In this document: piece after piece, positions 1-7,497 of the stretch
Layout: each line of letters starts with the position of its first letter
How positions within the stretch are numbered: the stretch's first letter is position 1
Source of the DNA: Phycisphaerales bacterium
GTDB lineage: Bacteria > Planctomycetota > Phycisphaerae > Phycisphaerales > SM1A02
DNA length: 49,622 bases
NCBI GenBank assembly: GCA_044355685.1
Contig: JBIKXP010000001.1
Span: 1-49,622, forward strand
Direction of reading: 5' to 3'
Made by a program: the position numbers and the translations under genes
Notes under the pieces: generated by a model
Databases searched by the model: none
What the model was told of the DNA's origin: nothing
Seen by the model: the letters and a program-made list of their open reading frames with translations, nothing else

Positions 1-1
1 G

Positions 2-625
2 TGGAGCGTGTACATGGAGCTCCTCGGCATTCGCGCCGAGATCGCGGCGATGGACCCGGTGACCGCCGACTTCTCGCGCGAGTACGGCCGCTCCGGCGAC
101 GAGCTTCGCTACATGCACGACGCGCCGTTCAGGAACTTCCGCCGCATCGCCACCGACATTCAGTCGTGGCTCGGAAGCGGCGCGAAGCTTCCCACGATCA
201 CGCCGCTCGCCGCCGACCGATTCGGCTACCTCGTCGGCGCGACGATCACGCCGGAAGAGCACCGCCGCGGCGTCTACCTCGGCATCGCGACCGACGAAGC
301 GCAGGATCTCGTGGTGAAGTACGTGATGAACTCGCGGCAGTTCAAGGTGGGCCCGCGCCTCGCCTTCGACGCAGCGGGCGAGTCGGAAGGCCTTCCGCTC
401 GAGCACAAGTACCAGCCGCCGCGCGGATTCCCCGCAAGCCGCGAGAAGCGGCCCGTCACCTACTTCCAGATCAAGGGCGCGTCCGGAACCGATGCGCTGA
501 AGAAGGTCGTCCGCGACCACTTGAATGCGCCGTGGGAGCTCGGCATCTTCACAGCCGACGACCTCGCGCGCTGGGAAGTCGCGCTCTACGTGCCCGAAGC
601 CGAGCGCGCGGAGGGCAAGCGATGA
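2..625 (+). CDS. tssK: TssK-like T6SS baseplate protein, C-terminal part (5' end outside window)
   Basis: The frame-2 ORF is open from the window edge to TGA at 623-625. Its composition is balanced, unlike the Arg-rich overlapping frames. The C-terminal pattern (VYLGIATDEAQDLV..FKVGPRL..LEHKYQPPRGFP..VTYFQIKG) resembles the TssK/ImpJ C-terminus. It lies directly upstream of tssL-tssM with an ATGA stop/start overlap, which is the canonical order. Confidence 0.55.
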   Translation, partial: WSVYMELLGIRAEIAAMDPVTADFSREYGRSGDELRYMHDAPFRNFRRIATDIQSWLGSGAKLPTITPLAADRFGYLVGATITPEEHRRGVYLGIATDEAQDLVVKYVMNSRQFKVGPRLAFDAAGESEGLPLEHKYQPPRGFPASREKRPVTYFQIKGASGTDALKKVVRDHLNAPWELGIFTADDLARWEVALYVPEAERAEGKR

Positions 626-1476
626 AGGCCACCATCGCGCAGCCGAAGCTGGTGCCGCTCTGTCGGCCGCTCTTCGACTTCGTCAGCCAGGCGCGGCTCC
701 AGGTCGACGCGGGCAGCGGCGAGTTCGCGAGCTTCACGGCCGAGCAGCTGGCCGACCGCGTCGATCACGAGCTCGAGCAGATCCGCCAGCGGAAGAACGC
801 GGCGCCCGAGCTTGCGGCGCTGATCCGCGACGAGGACCCGATCCTCGAGGACCTGCGCGCCTTCGCCACGTGGATTCTCGCAAGCGGCCGCACCGATACG
901 TCGAAGGCGATCAACATGATCCGCAAGCGGCGCGGTCCGGTCCAGGATGAGGCGTTCACCGAGCATCTCCGCGCCGAGCTTCGCAGCGTCAACCCGAGCA
1001 CGGTCGAGCGGCTCGTGATCTACGGGGTCTGCCTGGGCCTTGGTTACCAGGGCGTCGAGGAGGAGCAGACGGTCCGGCGGTTGCGCTCGGACATCTGGGG
1101 CCACATCCAGCGCCTGGTGCCGTCGCCGCGCGCCGAGCACGAGCGGTCGCCCGGTTGCAAGCCGCTCTTCTCCGAGGCCTACGACATCCGCACCGACAAG
1201 CTCAACACGGCGCCGGTGCGCTGGTGGACCGTCTACGCGGCATCGATCGTGGCGGTGGTGGCGATCGTCGTCGCCGTCGTGCAGGTGGTCGGCGTTGGTT
1301 CCGAGGTGAACGCCGCGCTCGAGGCGATCGAGGGCGGCACGAAGGACATGGTTCCCGCCGACGCGCCGGCCGCGGGACCCGACGCCGCCGCGAAGGCGAC
1401 CGCGCCGGCTACGACAGCGGGCGCGACGCAAGGTCAGACGCAAGGTCAGACGCAAGACCAGCCGCAGAGCAAGTGA
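622..1476 (+). CDS. tssL: TssL (DotU-family) T6SS membrane-complex protein
   Basis: ATG at 622 overlaps the tssK stop. The protein is 284 aa with a DotU-like cytoplasmic core (ERLVIYGVCLGLGYQG). It has a single C-terminal TM helix (WWTVYAASIVAVVAIVVAVVQVV) followed by a low-complexity tail (TQGQTQGQTQDQ). No OmpA-like extension is present. Confidence 0.75.
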   Translation: MKATIAQPKLVPLCRPLFDFVSQARLQVDAGSGEFASFTAEQLADRVDHELEQIRQRKNAAPELAALIRDEDPILEDLRAFATWILASGRTDTSKAINMIRKRRGPVQDEAFTEHLRAELRSVNPSTVERLVIYGVCLGLGYQGVEEEQTVRRLRSDIWGHIQRLVPSPRAEHERSPGCKPLFSEAYDIRTDKLNTAPVRWWTVYAASIVAVVAIVVAVVQVVGVGSEVNAALEAIEGGTKDMVPADAPAAGPDAAAKATAPATTAGATQGQTQGQTQDQPQSK

Positions 1477-1503
1477 TGATCGACTCGATCGGAGTTCGCT
1501 GAC

Positions 1504-4500
1504 ATGTCGGAATCCTCCAAGCTTCCCGTCCAGAAACTGCTGGCCATCCTGGTTTCGCCCTTCGCGGCGATCGTGCTTCTTCTTGTCGCGATCGTGGCTG
1601 CGCTCCTCTATTTCGGCGTGAGCGGCCCTGCGATCGCGGCGGGCGCCATCGTTCTCGTGCTCGCGGCCGGGCTCTTCTTCGGCGGCGTCTATCTCGCCAA
1701 GCGCCGCGACAAGCGTGCAGTCGACGCGACGATCGCCGGCATGACCGACTCGATCGGCGCGCAGGACAACACGCCGCAGGCGCGCGAGCGCGTGGCCAAG
1801 CTGCGCGCGAAGTGGGAGCGTGAGTTCAAGAAGGTGCGGGCCGACTACGTCAAGAACAAGCCGATCCTGATGATCGTCGGCGAGTCGAAGTCGGGAAAGA
1901 GCGTTCTGCTCGACCGCAGCGGCCTCGAGCTCGAGTCGGACAACCGTCAGGAGCGCGACTGGGAGGAAGGCACGGAGAACGTCGACCCATGGTTCTTCCC
2001 CGAGGGCCTCGTGCTCGACACCGCGGGCGAGATGGTGGCGCCCGCCGCGGGAAGCGCGCGCATCGACTGGGGCGAGCTCGTCAAGCTCATCACCACCCTC
2101 CGTCCGCGCAACCCCGTGAGCGGCGTGATCCTCGCGGTGCCCGTGTGGCGCCTTCTGTCGGACGACGAGAACGCGCGCATCGTGCAGGCGAATCTCTTCC
2201 AGCGCGAGTTCCAGCGGCTCGTGCACAGCTTCGGCGTCCGCTTCCCGGTGAGCGTCGTGGTCACGATGGCCGACCTCGTCGATGGCTACTCCGAGTTCGC
2301 GCTGCGCCAGTCGGCCGCGCGCCCGGGCGACAAGTACACCATGCTCGGCTGGCCGCAGTACCAGCTGTCCGACGAGTTCGGCGGGCGCGACGTCATGGGG
2401 GAGTCCGTCGGCGGCATCACCTCGCGCATCGAGGCGCAGGTTCTGCACGACACCTGCAACCCGGAGACCGCGTCGGTCGAGGCGCGCGAGGCGCTCGAGA
2501 TCTGGTGCTTCCCGAGGAACATCCGATCGATCGGACAGCGGCTCGCCGACTACCTCAAGATCGTCTTCAAGGAGAAGCAGAGCGAACGGGTCGCGAACGC
2601 GCCCTTCTTCCGCGGCGTCTTCTTCGGGTCGTCGATGCAGTCGATTCGCCGCGGCGAACCGCGGCGCAAGGAGCCGGAGCGTCCGCGCAGCGAGCCGTTC
2701 AACATCCGCGATCTCCTCGCCATCCGTCTCTTCGGCGAAGCCGGGCTCGTCACGACCTCGCCGCGCGCCGAAGCCGCGGCGCGCACGCGCAGGCTTGTCG
2801 GCGTCGGCGTGCCGCTCGTCGTGGCGGTGGTGTCGGCCGCGGTTGCGCTGATCGCGTTCGATCTCGCCGGGCGCGTCGCGCAGCAGAAGCAAGGCCTGCA
2901 GCGGCTCGCAGCACGCGTGCCTGCAGCCGAAGCCGGCGCCACGGCCTCGAGCGCCGGCTCCTCCGAGTGGCTCGCCGTCGAGGGTTCGAAGCCCGTCGTC
3001 AAGCAGGCCGTGGCGGCTGAACTTGCGAAGGACTTCGACCAGGCCCGCGGCTTCCGCGTGGACGATCTTCCGTTCTGGCTCGGTTGGTACCGCGGCTTCG
3101 CCGACAAGCGCGAGGTCCGCGCCTCGCGCGCCACGGAACTGGCGTGGACGAAGCTCGTGGCCGTGCCGCTTCTCTCCCGTGCCGCCGACGAGAAGTCGTG
3201 GCTTTCGGGAAAGTCCGCGTCCGGTGCGTACCGATCGCTCGCGCTTGAGCGCCCAGCAAGCGGCGGCGGACTCGGCGAGTTCAACGGTGAGTTGGGTGAT
3301 CTCGACCGCGCGGTCGTCCTTTCGCTCAGGTCGGTGATGGGCCCTGCGACCACGACGGGCCCGGCGCGTGCCGCACTGAAGGCGTCCGGCGGCGCGGCGA
3401 AGCCGACGGAGGGATCGGCGGGTTCGCTGCGTCCGCTCGTCGTCGCCATGATGGGCGGCGCGCCCACCGAGCTCGAAACGCTGCTGCGCTTCGGAGGCGA
3501 CTGGAAGGCGCCGGCGCGCGCCGTGGATCTCGCGCGCGAGGCGGACACGCTTCGCGAGCGCTTCCTCGGCGAGAAGTTCGCTGGTTCCGCAAGCGGCCTG
3601 CTGCTTGCAGCAGACACGCACGCGGCATGGCGCGCCGGAAAGGTCTCTTTCGAGTTGACCGCCGGACCCGCTGGCGGGGGCGGCGCGGCCGAGGAATCCG
3701 CGGAGTTCGTCGACGAAGGAACGGACAGCGAGATGGACGATGGCATCGACGACGGCATCGACGACGGCGATGGCGAATCCTCCGCTGGCGCGACGAAGGC
3801 AACCGGGGCGCAAGCCGGCACCGCCGCCCGAGCCGGCGCGGAGACCGCCGTGAAGGTCGCCTCCGCGAATGAAGTGGTCACCTGGAACGACGTCGAGGCC
3901 GATGTGTGGGGTGCGATCTCGCAGCTCGGTGAGGCCAAGATCTCGCCAAGCGCGCGCTGGGGCAACCTCGCGGCGCTCATCGATGCTCCCGACGCTTCGG
4001 CGCGCCTCTCTGCGTTCCTTCCCGCCGTCGGCGCGAGCAATCGGCCGCGCTCGAGCCTCGGCCGCGAGCCGACCGGCGCGTTCGAGCGGATCGAGCGGCT
4101 CGACGCGCTCTACAACGCGCGCGACTCGGGCTACTCCGACGCGGCCCGATCGGTCATCGACCGCATCGATGCGCTCAAGGATGCCACGACCTACACGCCG
4201 GGAACGTTGGATGGCCTGGTGAAGCTGGACATCGCGAAGCTCGTGGTGCGTCCATCGGAGAACGCCAAGACGAATGAGGGCGCGGGTTCCGACGAGGCCG
4301 ACGCGGAGATCGCGGAGGAAGGGGAAAGCGAGGAGGAGGCGCTCAAGCGCGCCGAGCGCGAATTGCGCGTCTACCTTGCGCCCGCGATCGCCGAGTTCAA
4401 TCGCCAGGTCGCGAGCTACCTCGACCGCTCCGTGAAGGGCGCCGTGATCGGCTCGCTCGGCAGGCCCGATCGAGCCGGCTCGCGCGGTGGAAGCGGCGGC

Positions 4501-6015
4501 ATCAACGTGCTTGAGCCGCTCTCCGACTTCACGAATGTCGACGGACTTGGCCTCCAGGCGAAGTACGAGAAGGATCGTCGCGACCTTGACGAGTGGTACA
4601 AGGGCCTGCGTCAGAAGCCCAAGAAGGGCGACCCCGTCGAGACGGCCTTCGTCGCCGCTGGCCAGAGGATCGACCAGCTCGCCCGCGACGCACAGGGTGC
4701 GCGCAAGGAGTGGAGGGTTGTCGATGCGAAGGGCTACGAGCCCGGTACGCAGCGGGCGCAGCAACTCGTCGACGCGATCCTGCGCGACGGGCTCCCAACG
4801 GTCGAGAAGGTTCGCATCGAGGTCCTGCGGCAGCGGGCGCTGCTTGATGGCGGCGGCGCCCAGGGCGCCGCGAAGGATCCGGGGAAGTCGCCGGCGCACG
4901 TCGAGCTCGAGGCAGCGATTCGGGAGTTGGCGCAGGGCGCGTCGGGCGCGGAGAGCCGTCGGCAGAATGCTGCCAGCTTCATCGCGTCGATCCGCCGCGA
5001 GCCTCAGGCCTCGCAGCGGGTTGAGTCGGGGATTCGCGCCATCGACAATCTTGCGTCATCCGACGAGCAGGCGTACTGGATGATCCTCTGGCGAGACCTT
5101 CTCGTCGTCGCATCGGAAGTGCGCGATCGGCGTCAGGAGGCCGTGGATACGCTTGTCACCAAGGCGAGCGTGCTGTTCCCGCTTTCGAACGAGAGCGATG
5201 CGATGGTCGCGAGCGAGGTCCTCGCGCTTGCGCGGGACGGCGCGGTCGACCGGCCGGGCGATGCGGTGGCGATTCCTGCGAATGAGCGCGCCGCTTCGCC
5301 TCTGGACCAACTGTGGCGTCACCATCCGGTCGCCAAGCGGCGGGGCGATGCGGACCAGCGTGCGGCAAACCGGGCGCTGGCGCTGTCGCGCCGCCTCGTC
5401 CCGGCGGGACCCGAGGGTCCGATGCCGGATGCCCGTGCGCTTCGGGTCACCATGCGTGCGACCGGAGACTGGGAGAAGCTGGGTCCGGCAGGGGTGGGGG
5501 CAGTCTCCCGCGCCGTGGTGGAAGCCGACAGCAACGACTGGGGCGGTGGCGCACAGGTGCGCGTGCGCGTCACCGGGGCGCCCGCATCGGCCGGAGGAGA
5601 AGAGCGCGTGAAGGAGTTCAGCGTGCGGCCGAACCTGCCGCTTGAGGAGCTTCTGTTCGAGTGGACCGCCGACGAGGATCCTGCGGTCGGCGCTGTCGCG
5701 CTCGAGTTCGGCGCTCCCGACGAGATTCCCGGCAAGGAGCGCATCCGGCTCGACGCCCGCGTGCTTCGCGGCGGTCCATGGTCGGTGCTGCGATTCGCGC
5801 GCGAACTGCAGCCCATCTCCGACGAGCCCGGTGCGTCGCTCTCGGCTGGCAGCGACGGGTTTGTGTGGGGCGCGCTGCCGGTCGTCGACGGGAAGGACAG
5901 GCTTTACGTCGCCGTCGGCCTCAAGTTCGAGTGGGTTCTCGATGGCGACGCCTCGGCTGAGAAGACAGTGGCGATCCCGATCGTCGAGTGGCTTCGCGAG
6001 AGCAAGCGGAACTGA
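1504..6015 (+). CDS. tssM: TssM (IcmF-family) T6SS membrane-complex protein, unusually long (1503 aa)
   Basis: There are two N-terminal TM helices. A P-loop (GESKSGKS) is followed by DTAGE and a TMAD element, which looks NTPase-like. A third TM helix (VGVGVPLVVAVVSAAVALIAF) precedes a periplasmic region of about 1050 aa. The position after tssL fits, and a GGAG sits upstream of the ATG. Confidence 0.8.
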   Translation: MSESSKLPVQKLLAILVSPFAAIVLLLVAIVAALLYFGVSGPAIAAGAIVLVLAAGLFFGGVYLAKRRDKRAVDATIAGMTDSIGAQDNTPQARERVAKLRAKWEREFKKVRADYVKNKPILMIVGESKSGKSVLLDRSGLELESDNRQERDWEEGTENVDPWFFPEGLVLDTAGEMVAPAAGSARIDWGELVKLITTLRPRNPVSGVILAVPVWRLLSDDENARIVQANLFQREFQRLVHSFGVRFPVSVVVTMADLVDGYSEFALRQSAARPGDKYTMLGWPQYQLSDEFGGRDVMGESVGGITSRIEAQVLHDTCNPETASVEAREALEIWCFPRNIRSIGQRLADYLKIVFKEKQSERVANAPFFRGVFFGSSMQSIRRGEPRRKEPERPRSEPFNIRDLLAIRLFGEAGLVTTSPRAEAAARTRRLVGVGVPLVVAVVSAAVALIAFDLAGRVAQQKQGLQRLAARVPAAEAGATASSAGSSEWLAVEGSKPVVKQAVAAELAKDFDQARGFRVDDLPFWLGWYRGFADKREVRASRATELAWTKLVAVPLLSRAADEKSWLSGKSASGAYRSLALERPASGGGLGEFNGELGDLDRAVVLSLRSVMGPATTTGPARAALKASGGAAKPTEGSAGSLRPLVVAMMGGAPTELETLLRFGGDWKAPARAVDLAREADTLRERFLGEKFAGSASGLLLAADTHAAWRAGKVSFELTAGPAGGGGAAEESAEFVDEGTDSEMDDGIDDGIDDGDGESSAGATKATGAQAGTAARAGAETAVKVASANEVVTWNDVEADVWGAISQLGEAKISPSARWGNLAALIDAPDASARLSAFLPAVGASNRPRSSLGREPTGAFERIERLDALYNARDSGYSDAARSVIDRIDALKDATTYTPGTLDGLVKLDIAKLVVRPSENAKTNEGAGSDEADAEIAEEGESEEEALKRAERELRVYLAPAIAEFNRQVASYLDRSVKGAVIGSLGRPDRAGSRGGSGGINVLEPLSDFTNVDGLGLQAKYEKDRRDLDEWYKGLRQKPKKGDPVETAFVAAGQRIDQLARDAQGARKEWRVVDAKGYEPGTQRAQQLVDAILRDGLPTVEKVRIEVLRQRALLDGGGAQGAAKDPGKSPAHVELEAAIRELAQGASGAESRRQNAASFIASIRREPQASQRVESGIRAIDNLASSDEQAYWMILWRDLLVVASEVRDRRQEAVDTLVTKASVLFPLSNESDAMVASEVLALARDGAVDRPGDAVAIPANERAASPLDQLWRHHPVAKRRGDADQRAANRALALSRRLVPAGPEGPMPDARALRVTMRATGDWEKLGPAGVGAVSRAVVEADSNDWGGGAQVRVRVTGAPASAGGEERVKEFSVRPNLPLEELLFEWTADEDPAVGAVALEFGAPDEIPGKERIRLDARVLRGGPWSVLRFARELQPISDEPGASLSAGSDGFVWGALPVVDGKDRLYVAVGLKFEWVLDGDASAEKTVAIPIVEWLRESKRN

Positions 6016-6079
6016 GTGGGTTCAAGCGGCCCGGCTTCGAGTGGCTGTTGGTCGAGCACGCGAGAGGACCAGTAGGAAG

Positions 6080-7096
6080 ATGCCCGTGAAGAACTCGCTC
6101 ATGTCCACGATCGGCGGATGGTTCTCGCGCGAGCCATCGGTGCCCGTGGCCGTCGCGGTCTTCGGGAAGTCGGCCGTCGTCAACGGCCATCAGGATCTCA
6201 CCGGCGACGCGACGAAGTCGCTGCTCGAGTTCGCGCGCACCAGCTACTACGAGGGGGCGCTTCCCAACTGCTCGGCGTGGGAGGCGGATCTGCGCGATGG
6301 AGAGCGCGTCCTCGCCACGCATATTGTTCGGTGGTTCGGAGGCAGGTTGACGGTTGCGCGCGTCGCCGCGGTGGCCGAGGGCGGGGCGACCACCAAGGCC
6401 TTCGCACCCATGATCTCTTGCGTCGAGGTCGACGGCGCCCACGGCGTGGAACTCATGCCCGCGATCGACGAGGCGCTCGCCGGTATCGAGCAGTCGCTGC
6501 TCGACGCGCGTCCTGAGAATTGGGCCGCGATCCTCGCGCCCGTCAGGAGCTCGATGCTTGAGCGTCTCCATCGCTCCGCGTCGAAGGTGCCTTCGAGGTC
6601 CGAGTCCGATGCCGTCGCGACGGAGCATCTCGCCCGGCTCGGTGAATCGGCGACCGCGTGGGCGGAGAGTCTCGCCGAGGAACTCAACCTCGAGATGCCT
6701 TCGGCGGCGGGGGCGTCGCGCGTCGCCTCGAAGCCCGCGACGCTTGGCTGCCGCACCGCCGAGGCGCCACGAACCTGCGGCGACATCTCCTCCGACCTCC
6801 GTGGATGGACCGCCTTCCTCTGCACCGCGGCTCCCGGTCTTTCGGAGTGGTGGATGTTCGGCGGGGAATCGATCGCATCGATTCGCTTGGTCGTCGGCCA
6901 TCCACGTGACCGCGACTTCACGTGTCTCTGGCGCTCGTGCGAGTCGGCCGGGCTCGTGCCGCAGCCGCTTCCAGAGAGCGGCAGGGCGCGAGTTATTGAG
7001 CGAACTTCGATCTGGCTGAAGGGCCGCTCGATCGAGCCTAAATCCGCGACTCCCTCTTCGGACTCGGATTCCGGGGCCGCAGGAGGTTCGGATTGA
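6080..7096 (+). CDS. Hypothetical protein, possibly TagF-like T6SS accessory protein
   Basis: ATG at 6080 is in frame within ORF 5642..7096; the upstream part of that ORF overlaps tssM and is Arg-rich. The N-terminus VAVFGKSAVVNGHQDLTGD weakly recalls the TagF GKLPxxGDF motif. Placement directly after tssM is typical of tagF. The functional call is weak. Confidence 0.35.
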   Translation: MPVKNSLMSTIGGWFSREPSVPVAVAVFGKSAVVNGHQDLTGDATKSLLEFARTSYYEGALPNCSAWEADLRDGERVLATHIVRWFGGRLTVARVAAVAEGGATTKAFAPMISCVEVDGAHGVELMPAIDEALAGIEQSLLDARPENWAAILAPVRSSMLERLHRSASKVPSRSESDAVATEHLARLGESATAWAESLAEELNLEMPSAAGASRVASKPATLGCRTAEAPRTCGDISSDLRGWTAFLCTAAPGLSEWWMFGGESIASIRLVVGHPRDRDFTCLWRSCESAGLVPQPLPESGRARVIERTSIWLKGRSIEPKSATPSSDSDSGAAGGSD

Positions 7097-7497
7097 TCCG
7101 TGGCGCGCGCGCGGATGGTCGTGTTTGTGCGACCATCGGATCCCCGCGCCGCCCCGTTTCGACGTCGATTCGATTGACACCCCTCCTCCTGCGGGGTAGT
7201 AATGCCGGGTTCCACGCGGGACGGAGCCCGCCGGTTTGCGCGGCCGCTTTCGTCGGTCGCCGTGGCCAAGCGTCGGTTGGGCTCTCGCCAGAGTCCCAAC
7301 CGCGAGGCCCATGGCGTCCTCGCGGACCGCTCGACAGTCAGGATAGATGCAGGAAGCGTGATCGTCCGCGCACCACGACTGTGGACTCGAAGCTGTGATG
7401 CTGTGTCCGTGTTCGTCGTCGTCTTTGCCGCTGTCCGAGTTGGGCTTCAAGACCCTTTGCTGGGCTGCGTTTGCTGAAATCAACTGGAGATATTGAC

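Noticed and set aside
1..621. Frame-1 N-terminal extension of the track ORF 1..1476
   Set aside because: The translation is Arg/Pro-rich nonsense that overlaps the well-behaved tssK frame. The credible TssL starts at ATG 622, which overlaps the tssK stop.
586..4899. 1437-aa ORF on the minus strand, antisense to tssL/tssM
   Set aside because: It has the extreme Arg/Gly/Ala/Leu composition typical of a shadow frame in high-GC DNA. The plus strand carries recognisable DotU and IcmF features (TM helices, P-loop). No motifs are recognisable.
5642..6079. N-terminal 146 codons of track ORF 5642..7096
   Set aside because: This part overlaps the 3' end of tssM in another frame and is Ser/Arg-rich. 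The credible start is ATG 6080, after the tssM stop.
7097..7497. Short ORFs (7093..7398, 7202..7477) and a hairpin (7276-7300) in the tagF-tpsB gap; also a search for mobile-element scars around the TPS insertion
   Set aside because: The ORFs are Arg/Ser-rich with no RBS. The hairpin lacks a U-tract and lies 180 nt from the nearest stop. I saw no transposase, integrase, tRNA or flanking direct repeats at either TPS boundary.
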